This document shows positions 45,663 through 54,083 of a stretch of DNA of 64,000 bases, one piece after another. Under the pieces are notes generated by a model that made no database searches, had not been told where the DNA came from, and saw only the letters and a list, made by a program, of their open reading frames with translations. The position numbers were made by a program, and so were the translations under genes. The stretch's first letter is position 1. The number at the start of each line of letters is the position of its first letter. The DNA is from an uncultured Lentisphaerales bacterium (GTDB lineage Bacteria > Verrucomicrobiota > Kiritimatiellia > RFP12 > CAYQJG01), in contig CAYQJG010000006.1 in the NCBI GenBank assembly GCA_964417715.1, positions 17,420 through 81,419 of the forward strand. The letters run 5' to 3'.

Positions 45663-47195
45663 TTAATGCGTCATCGCATACATCAGCACGTTCATGCCAA
45701 GCTCCGCGCCGGATTCGGACGCATAGGCCTTGGACAGCGGATAGTCGCATCCCAGCCAGGCGCCGGCCATGTCGTACTTGCTGTAGATCACGCGCAGATC
45801 GGTGTCGATCGTGATCGCCTCCAGCACCGGCTGCCGCAAGGACGGCAACAGGCTCTGCACCAGCGGCGTGTAGGTCGCCTCGGGGATCGGCCGGACGGCG
45901 GAGAAGACCGCATGGTCGGCGGGCACATCGGCAAACGCGTGCCCTGGCAGGACCCGCGCGAGTTCGCGCCGCACCGCCTGGTCGAACGTTGACAGGCCCA
46001 ACCCGTTGTTGACGACCAGTGTTCCGCCGCGATCGAGAAACGCGCGTAACGCGTCGACCTCGGCGCCACTCAGCACGAAATCGTCCAACCCCTCGAGGTA
46101 CAGGAACGCGAACTTGCTGCTGTCGTCCTTGCCCAGTTCGACACTGACACGCTTCAGGCTCACGCCCAGGGATGTCTCCTGGCGCATCCGGCGCAGCAGC
46201 GTGGCGGCGGCGCCGGGATGGACGTTCCATGCGCCGCCGTGCCGGATCTGCGCAAAGACCAGTTCATCCGTAGGACGTTTCTCGTCGATCAGGCCAAAGG
46301 CCTCGGGCCGGGCCTCCTGGCGTGCCGCATCGGCATACCCCACCGCGTAGGCCACCATGTTGATGCCCAGTCGGTTGGCCGAATCGACATCGTAGAAGAC
46401 GGCCTTCTCCAGCAACGGCACGTCGTGATCGTCCCACCCGCATCCGAGTCCATACCGGGAGACCAGGCAGGCGATCCGGCTGCCGACATAGAGCCCTTCA
46501 AGCGCGGGCTGCGTGCTGTCCAGATTACGCCCGTACTTGACCTGCGTGGCATCAGCGAGCATGTGGTAAAGCGGATGGTCCAGAGGGATCGCGCGAACGG
46601 GCTCATCGGGCACAAGCTGCCGGCTGATACGCAGTGCGGCATCATGGAAATAGGGCGAACCGGCAATGGAATCGAAGACGATCATACCGCCGCGGCTCAC
46701 GTACTGGCGCAGCAGCGCGAGCTGCTGGTCCGTCATCTTCAACGTGCGCACACCGCTGAAGAACAATACCGGCGTCAGCGCCGGATCCGGCTCGAAGGAT
46801 GCGAGCGAGACCGCCTGCGAACCATAGTTCATGCCGAACCACCGGCCCGTCTTGCGCATCAACTGAGCCACGTCGTCGGGACACAGGTTCCAATCCGCAA
46901 CCTGGGCAGTCTGACCATCGGCATACGTGTACTCGGCCGATTCGCCCCAGACGACCTTGCCGATGAACGTCGGTGGCGCGGGTTCGCGCTTGCGCTCCGA
47001 ACGACGCAACGGCGTGGCCGGCAGCGGCAGCGGCGGGACTCCCTCGCCGCCCGAGATCCGGCGCGGCGCAGCACGCGGCGGCTGTCCCAGCGGCACCAGC
47101 CACTCATCCTCGCCGGCAACGGCACCCCAGGCCGACATCAGCAACAGCACGCCGATGACGGATTGCCCTGCACCACGACCATATTTTGCGTTCAT
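45663..47195 (-). CDS. secreted/anchored protein with two tandem DUF4159-like domains
   Basis: Signal-like N-terminus. 'LRQYVSRGGMIVFD...DHPLYH' and 'LRAFLDRGGTLVVNN...DHAVFS' repeat the DUF4159 pattern. The ATG at 47195 is preceded by GAGGTAGGA. Confidence 0.62.
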   Translation of the reverse strand: MNAKYGRGAGQSVIGVLLLMSAWGAVAGEDEWLVPLGQPPRAAPRRISGGEGVPPLPLPATPLRRSERKREPAPPTFIGKVVWGESAEYTYADGQTAQVADWNLCPDDVAQLMRKTGRWFGMNYGSQAVSLASFEPDPALTPVLFFSGVRTLKMTDQQLALLRQYVSRGGMIVFDSIAGSPYFHDAALRISRQLVPDEPVRAIPLDHPLYHMLADATQVKYGRNLDSTQPALEGLYVGSRIACLVSRYGLGCGWDDHDVPLLEKAVFYDVDSANRLGINMVAYAVGYADAARQEARPEAFGLIDEKRPTDELVFAQIRHGGAWNVHPGAAATLLRRMRQETSLGVSLKRVSVELGKDDSSKFAFLYLEGLDDFVLSGAEVDALRAFLDRGGTLVVNNGLGLSTFDQAVRRELARVLPGHAFADVPADHAVFSAVRPIPEATYTPLVQSLLPSLRQPVLEAITIDTDLRVIYSKYDMAGAWLGCDYPLSKAYASESGAELGMNVLMYAMTH

Positions 47196-47228
47196 GATTC
47201 CTACCTCGACAATCGTCCATCTCCTCAA

Positions 47229-47339
47229 CTGGTCTGGGAACCCAGGGTCTCAGGGCTCAGTCCCGCCGCCGGCCGGCGGCCCGCTGGATCGCGCGGGGAA
47301 AACCGCAGAATATCGAACAGCCAACCGCAGAATGTCGAA
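47229..47339. repeat. half-copy of the MITE/REP-like element (terminus plus reversed 39-nt core)
   Basis: CTGGTCTGGGAACCCAGGGTCTC (47229-47251), ~50 nt of GC-rich spacer, then aaccgcagaatatcgaacagccaaccgcagaatgtcgaa (47301-47339). Confidence 0.8.
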
Positions 47340-47361
47340 GGGGCCGTCGATGCAACAGTGG

Positions 47362-47482
47362 GTCGGTTAAGGGTATCCGGTTAAGAGCGGCGGTTAAGGG
47401 TGGCGGTTAAGAGTGCGGTTCCCGCCCTCCCGGCTGCTTCTGACACTTAACCGCCCCACTTACTCGGTTACCCTTAACCGAC
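47362..47482. repeat. nested palindrome built from GGTTAAG motifs
   Basis: Four direct CGGTTAAGRG copies start at 47364, 47379, 47391 and 47404. GTCGGTTAAGGGTA (47362-47375) pairs perfectly with TACCCTTAACCGAC (47469-47482). GGCGGTTAAG (47402-47411) pairs with CTTAACCGCC (47446-47455). Confidence 0.8.
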
Positions 47483-47597
47483 TCGCTTGCTCGATTCCGT
47501 TCACCACCCCCATGCAGCCACAGCCCCCCCCACACACAAACCCGGAAGCGCCTATCACCTACCAACCACCACCTTCACCCATCCCCCGTCGCAACCA

Positions 47598-49625
47598 TCA
47601 CATCCGATCACGCGCCACGGCCGCCGCCTCGCTATACGGATGCTCGGCAAACAGTTTCTTCAGCGTCACAGCGCAGGCCGCCGTTCGACCCAACTCGCGC
47701 TGCACGTCGGCCATGGCCAGCAGCAGGTCCGGGCGGCGCGGGTCGGCGGGCGCCGCCTGCAGCAACCGCTCGCAGGCGGTCAGTGCCAGCAGCCCCTCGC
47801 CGCGGCCGCGATGCGCGCCGATCATGATCAGCCCGCTCTCCAACTCGAGCCGCTCCAGCGGCCACTCCCACTCCAGGTCACGAATCACCTGTTCGGCGGT
47901 ATCATACTCGCGCCGGCGCAGGAAGTCGCGCGCGTTCTCGATGCGCGCCCGCCGCCGCACCTCGTAGGCCGTGTCGCCGGCCGCCACCGCCGTGCCTGCC
48001 TGGCGATAGGCGGCCACAGCGGCATCGCGCCGCCCGGTCAGCACCAGCGCATCGGCCCGGAAAATCTGCTTCAGTCGGCGCTCGGCCTCCGGCAGGGCCG
48101 CGTCATTGGCCGCTGTATCAAGCAGGTTCAAGGCGCGCATTGGATCCGTGCCGGCGTGGATGAGAAAACCGGCCAGATGCAGCCCCGCCAGCGCGCGCAA
48201 CTCCGCATCCGCCCGGGCATCGCCGATCACCGCATCCCAGACCCGCGGCACATCGCCGTAGCGGTTCGCGGCCGGGTACTGGAAGTGGAACCCGAGCTGG
48301 TAGAGCGCGCGCGCATTGGCACCGCCAAACGCGGGAATGCGAGGCAGCACACCTGCCGCAAGCGCCGTGAGCAGGCTGCGGTCTTTCACATGCCAGGCCA
48401 TCAGGACGGCGCGGGCCAGGTCATCCGGTTTGAGTCGCTCGGGAGGCGCGGCGCGCAACAGTTTGGCGAGATCACCGAAAACGGACTCGGGATACTCGGC
48501 CGTCTGTCCCCAGTTGCGCCGCACCATGACGGACTGACGCAACGCGCCGATCTTGCGCCCGTCGCGGCTGGCTGTCACCTCGACCTCACGCATCGCCTCG
48601 CACGTAAACACGTGCCGCACACTCGCGCCCTCCGCCTCCGTTCCATCGTCAAACACCCAGTGATATGTCACGCCGTCGGCAGGGCTCAGCACGTGGAACC
48701 GCGTCCCGATCAGAAGATCCGGTTCAGCCGCGGCATACACCTCATGGACCCAACCAAATGCCGCCGCGGCGGCCGCCGCATCGCCGGCGACACCTGCCAC
48801 ACGAAACTCGGCCACCGGCACAAAGGCCTCGGGCGGAAGAGGAACAAACAGTTTGGCTCCAGGCTTGCGCCAGGCGACTGAAATGCACAGACCGTCGCCG
48901 GACGCCACGTTCAGGTACTCGATCCGGTGAACGCCGGCCTTCAGATCAATGCCGCCGCTGTGCTGACCGTGCATGCCACCGTCGAGACCGTGCCAGCCGG
49001 GCCACTCGGCCACCGGCCGGCCGTCAATCTGCAGGAACGAGGCGTCTTTCGAAAGCGTGGCGAACTCGTAGCGCCCGTCCTGCGGCACGCGGAACCAGCC
49101 GTCGAGCCGGCAGAGGACATCACCGGTTACGCCGTACGGGTTGATGCCCATGTAGATGTCGGACACAAAGCCGCGCCCCTGCGCCTGATTGGCCGCGCGC
49201 CGCCAGAGTTCCTGCGCTTCGGCCAGTTTCTCGGCCGGACCCTCGGGTCGCACGCGCGTTTCGAGCAACAGGCCGGCCTGCGGCCGCCAGACGGGGGCAG
49301 CCGCGGCTTCAGCCGCACCCAGGCGAACGAGGTAGCGCGGCGCGCCCGAAGACGCGTCGAACCGCACCAGCACGGGCTCACCCGGCCGCTGCCACACGAC
49401 GTCGGCACCCACACGCTGACGTGACACGCCATCGACTACCTCGATGGTCAGCGTGCCCGGCGCGGGTGCCACCGGGAAGACACGCGCCCAGCCGACCGTC
49501 GCCGTGTCCTTGTCCGGCCGCTCGACCGTGAAGATCAGCGGCGCCGACGACAGGCCCGGTGCCGCCCCTACCGCAACACATGCCACACATGCCACACCTG
49601 CCACGTAATTGCGTAGTATTCGCAC
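47598..49625 (-). CDS. secreted PA14 / PKD-like / TPR-like multidomain protein
   Basis: Signal peptide 'VAGVACVACVAVGA'. PA14-like 'LDGWFRVPQDGRYEFATLSKDASFLQIDG'. PKD-like 'YHWVFDDGTEAEG'. Helical-repeat C-terminus. Confidence 0.6.
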   Translation of the reverse strand: MRILRNYVAGVACVACVAVGAAPGLSSAPLIFTVERPDKDTATVGWARVFPVAPAPGTLTIEVVDGVSRQRVGADVVWQRPGEPVLVRFDASSGAPRYLVRLGAAEAAAAPVWRPQAGLLLETRVRPEGPAEKLAEAQELWRRAANQAQGRGFVSDIYMGINPYGVTGDVLCRLDGWFRVPQDGRYEFATLSKDASFLQIDGRPVAEWPGWHGLDGGMHGQHSGGIDLKAGVHRIEYLNVASGDGLCISVAWRKPGAKLFVPLPPEAFVPVAEFRVAGVAGDAAAAAAAFGWVHEVYAAAEPDLLIGTRFHVLSPADGVTYHWVFDDGTEAEGASVRHVFTCEAMREVEVTASRDGRKIGALRQSVMVRRNWGQTAEYPESVFGDLAKLLRAAPPERLKPDDLARAVLMAWHVKDRSLLTALAAGVLPRIPAFGGANARALYQLGFHFQYPAANRYGDVPRVWDAVIGDARADAELRALAGLHLAGFLIHAGTDPMRALNLLDTAANDAALPEAERRLKQIFRADALVLTGRRDAAVAAYRQAGTAVAAGDTAYEVRRRARIENARDFLRRREYDTAEQVIRDLEWEWPLERLELESGLIMIGAHRGRGEGLLALTACERLLQAAPADPRRPDLLLAMADVQRELGRTAACAVTLKKLFAEHPYSEAAAVARDRM

Positions 49626-49644
49626 AGCTCTCCTAGTGCGCGGT

Positions 49645-51099
49645 TCACACGCTGAAGCACATGTCCTTCACGGCCTTGGTCTCGTCCAGGCGCGAGACGG
49701 GCGTGGAGACGGGCATCGTGGCAAAGGACTCAGGCTGCGACTCGGCCAGGCGGGCAATACGGAACATGGCGTCGATGAACCGATCCATGTCTTCCTTGGA
49801 TTCGGTCTCGGTCGGCTCGATCATCAGCGCTTCCTTGACGATCAGCGGGAAGTAGACGGTCGGCGGATGGAACCCCTCGTCGATCAGCGCCTTGGCGATG
49901 TCGATGGCGTGCACGCCGCGTGCGCTCTGGCGCGCGGCGCCGAACACGCATTCGTGCATGCACGTGCGGTCGTACGGCAGGTCGTACCACGCCTTGAGCC
50001 GGGCGCGCACGTAGTTGGCATTCAGCACGGCGTTCTCGGACGCCTCCTTGAGCCCGTTGCGCCCCATCAGGAGCAAGTACGCATAGGCGCGCAGGATGAC
50101 ACCGAAATTGCCGTAGAACGGCGCAATATAGCCGATCGACTTGGGGTAATCGTACGCCAGCGCGAACGTGCCGTCGCTGCGCTTGACGACCACGCTGGTC
50201 GGCAGGTAGGGCGCGAGCCGGGCCGAAACGCCCACCGGGCCGGCGCCGGGGCCGCCCCCGCCATGGGGCGTCGCGAAGGTCTTGTGCAGGTTGACGTGCA
50301 CAACATCGAAACCCAGATCGCCGGGGCGGCACTGCCCCAGCAGCGCATTGAGGTTCGCGCCGTCGTAGTACAGCAGCGTGTCCTGCGCGTGCGCCAGCGC
50401 GGCGATCTCGTGCACCTGCTTCTCGAACAGTCCCAGCGTATTCGGGCAGGTCATCATGACGGCCGCCACTTCGTCGTTCAGCGCCGCCTTGAACGCATCG
50501 ATGTCCATGCAGCCGTCCGGGCCGCTGGGGACGGTGACCACCTTGTAGCCGGCGATCGCTGCGCTGGCCGGATTGGTTCCGTGCGAGGAGTCGGGCACGA
50601 TCACGGTCGAACGCCGGTTGCCGTGGTCGCGATGATAGGCCGCGATCAGCATGATGCCGGTCAGTTCGCCATGCGCGCCGGCCATCGGCTGCAGGCTGAA
50701 CGCGCCCATGCCGCAAATCTCCGCCAACAGGCGCTCGGTCTCGTACAGCACTTCCAGCGCGCCCTGCGTCAGCATGCCGCCGCCGCGCAACTGCGGCAGC
50801 AGCGGGTGGATCGCGGCAAACCCGTCGAGCGCGGCGATCTTCTCGCAGACGCGCGGGTTGTACTTCATCGTGCACGACCCCAGTGGATAGAAATGGGAGT
50901 CCACGCTGTAGTTCAGGCGCGAGAGGTTCGTGAAATGGCGCACGGCGTCCAGTTCGCTGACCTCGGGCAGTTCGGGCAGACGGGTCGCGCAGTAGCGTTC
51001 GGGAATGCGCAACTCGCAGGCCGCCTCGGACGGCGCAAGTTTGGGCAGCGAACAGCCTCGCCGGCCCGGAACGGATTGGTGGTAGATCAGTTCGCTCAC
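49645..51099 (-). CDS. gcvPB: glycine dehydrogenase (aminomethyl-transferring) subunit 2
   Basis: 'LGSCTMKYNP', 'QPMAGAHGE', 'HVNLHKTFATPHGGGGPG' (PLP lysine). The GTG at 51099 gives 484 aa and a GTGA overlap with the gcvPA stop. The track ORF upstream extension is out-of-context overlap. Confidence 0.94.
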   Translation of the reverse strand: MSELIYHQSVPGRRGCSLPKLAPSEAACELRIPERYCATRLPELPEVSELDAVRHFTNLSRLNYSVDSHFYPLGSCTMKYNPRVCEKIAALDGFAAIHPLLPQLRGGGMLTQGALEVLYETERLLAEICGMGAFSLQPMAGAHGELTGIMLIAAYHRDHGNRRSTVIVPDSSHGTNPASAAIAGYKVVTVPSGPDGCMDIDAFKAALNDEVAAVMMTCPNTLGLFEKQVHEIAALAHAQDTLLYYDGANLNALLGQCRPGDLGFDVVHVNLHKTFATPHGGGGPGAGPVGVSARLAPYLPTSVVVKRSDGTFALAYDYPKSIGYIAPFYGNFGVILRAYAYLLLMGRNGLKEASENAVLNANYVRARLKAWYDLPYDRTCMHECVFGAARQSARGVHAIDIAKALIDEGFHPPTVYFPLIVKEALMIEPTETESKEDMDRFIDAMFRIARLAESQPESFATMPVSTPVSRLDETKAVKDMCFSV

Positions 51100-52427
51100 A
51101 GCACGCTCTCCAGCGCTTCGGCCAGATGGCCGATTTCCGCGCGCGTCCGTTTTTCGGTTACGGCCACCAGCAGGCAGTTCGACATCCCGTTGTAGTAGCG
51201 TCCCAGCGGGAATCCGGCCGCGATGCCGCGGTCGACCAGGCGGGCCACCACGTCCGAAGCATCGGCCGGCAGCTCGAGCGTGAACTCGTTGAAGGTCGGC
51301 GCGCTGCGCTTGACCCTTACCCCGGGAATGGCCGAGAGGCGCTGCTTGGCGTATTCGGCCTTCTTGGCGCACAGCCACGCCACATCGCGCAGTCCCTGCT
51401 TGCCCATCACGGTCAGGTAGATCAGCGCCCGCAAGGCGCAGAGCGCCTCGTTGGAGCAGACGTTGGAAGTCGCCTTCTCGCGCCGGATATGCTGCTCGCG
51501 CGCCTGCAGCGTCAGCACGTAGCCGGTGCGGCCCAACCGGTCGACGGTCTGCCCAACCAGGCGCCCGGGCATCTTGCGGACATGCGCCATGCGCGTGGCC
51601 ATGAATCCCAGATACGGACCGCCGAACGAGAGCGGCAGCCCCAGCGACTGCCCTTCGCCGGTGACGATGTCGGCCGCCATGTCGCCCGGCGCCTTGAGAA
51701 AGCCCAGCGACACGGGATACACGGACATGATCACGAGACAGCCTTGGGCATGGGCGCACGCCGCGATGTCGCTGAAATCGTCCACGGCCCCAAAGAAATT
51801 CGGGTTCTGCAGGATCACGGCGGCCGTGTCATCGCCCAGGGCCGCGCGGATCTGCTCGCGGTTGCTCTGCCCATGCGCGACCTCGATCTCGTCAAAGGCA
51901 ATCGACAGGTTGCTGGTGTAGCCGCGCAGCATGTGGCGGTAGATCGGACTGACGCCGCTATCGAGCAGGATGCGGCTGCGTCCGGTGATCCGCAACGCCA
52001 TCAGGGCCGCTTCCACCAGCGCTGTGCCGCCGTCATAGAGCGAGGCGTTGGCGACTTCCATGCGCGTCAGGCGGCAGATGGCGCTCTGGTATTCGAAGAT
52101 CGCCTGCAGCGTGCCCTGCGCGGCTTCCGGCTGATAGGGCGTATAGGCCGTGAAGAACTCGCCGCGACCCGAGAGGCTGTCCACCGCCGCCGGGATGAAA
52201 TGGTCGTAGAACCCGCCGCCCAGGAAGCAAGTCAGTTCGTGGGCATTGCGGTGGGACAGACGGTGCAGCCGTTCGTAGACCTCCACTTCGCTCAAGCCCT
52301 CGGGCATGTTGAGCGCGCCCACCCGGAACGCCGGCGGAATATCGGCGAAGAGTTGAGCCGTGCTGGACATGCCGATCGCGGCCAGCATCTCGGCCCGTTG
52401 TGCGGGTGTGTTCGACACGAAGGACAT
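51096..52427 (-). CDS. gcvPA: glycine dehydrogenase (aminomethyl-transferring) subunit 1
   Basis: 443 aa. 'FLGGGFYDHFIPAAV' and 'YTPYQPEAAQG' are typical GcvPA motifs. Confidence 0.95.
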   Translation of the reverse strand: MSFVSNTPAQRAEMLAAIGMSSTAQLFADIPPAFRVGALNMPEGLSEVEVYERLHRLSHRNAHELTCFLGGGFYDHFIPAAVDSLSGRGEFFTAYTPYQPEAAQGTLQAIFEYQSAICRLTRMEVANASLYDGGTALVEAALMALRITGRSRILLDSGVSPIYRHMLRGYTSNLSIAFDEIEVAHGQSNREQIRAALGDDTAAVILQNPNFFGAVDDFSDIAACAHAQGCLVIMSVYPVSLGFLKAPGDMAADIVTGEGQSLGLPLSFGGPYLGFMATRMAHVRKMPGRLVGQTVDRLGRTGYVLTLQAREQHIRREKATSNVCSNEALCALRALIYLTVMGKQGLRDVAWLCAKKAEYAKQRLSAIPGVRVKRSAPTFNEFTLELPADASDVVARLVDRGIAAGFPLGRYYNGMSNCLLVAVTEKRTRAEIGHLAEALESVL

Positions 52428-52428
52428 G

Positions 52429-52824
52429 TCACTGCCCCTGTTTGCAGTGTACTTCGTACTGCTCGGCCGTCATCAGCCCCTGCGCCTGGGACATGTCCAC
52501 ACCCTCCAATTTGCAGATCCACCCCTTGCCATACGGCTCCTGGTTGATCAGTTCCGGTGTGGCGTTGAGGGCCGCATTGGCCTCCTTCACGACACCTGCC
52601 ACAGGCGCAAAGATGTCGCTGGCGGCCTTGACCGACTCAACCACGCCGAGGACATCGTGGGCTTTCAGCCGCTTGCCGACCTTGGGCAGTTCAACAAACG
52701 TGATGTCGCCCAGCGCATGCTGGGCATGGTCGGTGATTCCGACCACGGCCGTCGTTCCATCCGCAGCCACCCACTCATGATCGCGCGTGAAGCGCAGGTT
52801 TTTCGGATCCATGTTTCGCGCCAC
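52429..52824 (-). CDS. gcvH: glycine cleavage system H protein
   Basis: 131 aa with lipoyl-lysine motif 'VVESVKAASDIFAP'. Confidence 0.95.
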   Translation of the reverse strand: MARNMDPKNLRFTRDHEWVAADGTTAVVGITDHAQHALGDITFVELPKVGKRLKAHDVLGVVESVKAASDIFAPVAGVVKEANAALNATPELINQEPYGKGWICKLEGVDMSQAQGLMTAEQYEVHCKQGQ

Positions 52825-52835
52825 TCCTGTTCCTG

Positions 52836-53903
52836 TTACTTGCGGCTGACAAACGGCGCCGTCGTCACGCGCGCCTGCAGTACATTGCGACCACTGTCCA
52901 CGCCAAACACCTGTCCCGGCACGGCCAGTTCAGGCCGCACGTAGGCGAACCCGATGGCATACCCCAGCGTGGGCGAATACGAGCCGCTGGTGACCCACCC
53001 CGCCTGGTCGCCGACGGCGTTCAGTACGCGGTTGCCGTTGCGGGCCGACTGCCGACCCTCGATGGCGAAGGCCGCCAGGCGCGGCGCGGCGGCATCCCGC
53101 TGCCGGACCAGCAGCGCGTCGCGTCCCATGAACGGCTCCGCCTTGCTTGCATAGCGCAACATGCCAGCCTCGCAGGGCGAGAGGGTCTCGCTCAGCTCGT
53201 GCCCATAGAGCGGCAGGCCGGCTTCCAGCCTGAGCGTATCGCGGGCGCCCAGTCCGGCGGGCTTGACACCCGCCGCCAGCAGGCGTTCCCACAAGGCGGC
53301 GACTTCCGCCAGCGGCGCGAAGATCTCGTAGCCGACCTCACCGGTATAGCCGGTACGGCTGACCAGGCCGTCGGCGCCGAAGGCGCGAAAGCGGAAGTAG
53401 CCCAGGTCCGCGAGATCGATCCCAAGCACACGTTCGACCGCGGCACGACTGTTGGGTCCTTGCACATCAATCTTGCCTTGCACGCCGCGCAGGTCGGTCA
53501 GCGTAACACCGGTGACGGGACGGAAACGCGACAGCCAGGCGAAATCACCCGCCGCCGGACCGGCATTCACAACCACCATCCAATCGGTGGCCGACAGGCG
53601 GTACGCAATCAAGTCGTCCAGGACCCCCGCATCCTCGCGCAGCAGGAACCCATAGCGACAGCGCCCGTCAGCCAGCGAGCGCAGGTCCTGCGTGAGCATG
53701 TGCGACAGGAAGTCGAGTGCGCCCGGGCCGGCCACCCGGAAGGCATCCATGTGGCAGGTGTCGAACATGCTGACGTCCTGCCGCGTGCGCTGGTGCTCGA
53801 TCAGGATGCCCTCGTACTGGACCGGCAGATCCCAGCCGCCGAAGTCGATCAGACGGGCGCCGAGACGGGCGTGGCTGTCATGCAGAATGGTGGGCACGGG
53901 CAT
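52836..53903 (-). CDS. gcvT: glycine cleavage system aminomethyltransferase T
   Basis: 'FGGWDLPVQY', 'RTGYTGEVGYEI', 'ARDTLRLEAGL'. Confidence 0.95.
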   Translation of the reverse strand: MPVPTILHDSHARLGARLIDFGGWDLPVQYEGILIEHQRTRQDVSMFDTCHMDAFRVAGPGALDFLSHMLTQDLRSLADGRCRYGFLLREDAGVLDDLIAYRLSATDWMVVVNAGPAAGDFAWLSRFRPVTGVTLTDLRGVQGKIDVQGPNSRAAVERVLGIDLADLGYFRFRAFGADGLVSRTGYTGEVGYEIFAPLAEVAALWERLLAAGVKPAGLGARDTLRLEAGLPLYGHELSETLSPCEAGMLRYASKAEPFMGRDALLVRQRDAAAPRLAAFAIEGRQSARNGNRVLNAVGDQAGWVTSGSYSPTLGYAIGFAYVRPELAVPGQVFGVDSGRNVLQARVTTAPFVSRK

Positions 53904-54083
53904 GCGGACGTTCCTTTACCCGCAGCACTGCCGCTGCGTGTAGAAGTTCCGAACGTTAACACAGGACTTGGGTCGTGACAAGGACCCCCACCCGTTGCTA
54001 TTCCCTTGAGTGGCTGGCCCCTTTGCTGTACACATATGCGAGGTCATGGTACACCCTTTTGCGGCTATCCGGAGACTAAGCCC

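Noticed and set aside
49645-51759. 704-aa form of the gcvPB ORF, and similarly the long forms 36070..36870 (ispF), 39159..41336 (GH-A), 43085..44164 (GT2), 30851..31792 (nadK) and 534..1307.
   Set aside because: The upstream extensions overlap the preceding gene and lack homology-like sequence. Internal starts give canonical protein lengths and N-termini, often with ATGA/GTGA coupling or a clear SD.
53904-54083. Expected a glycine riboswitch in the 180-nt leader upstream of gcvT (minus strand).
   Set aside because: I read the reverse complement. None of the conserved aptamer elements (GGAGAG ... CCGAAGG-GCAA ... CUCAGGCAAAAGGAC) is present. An Infernal scan with RF00504 would settle it, but by eye there is no match.
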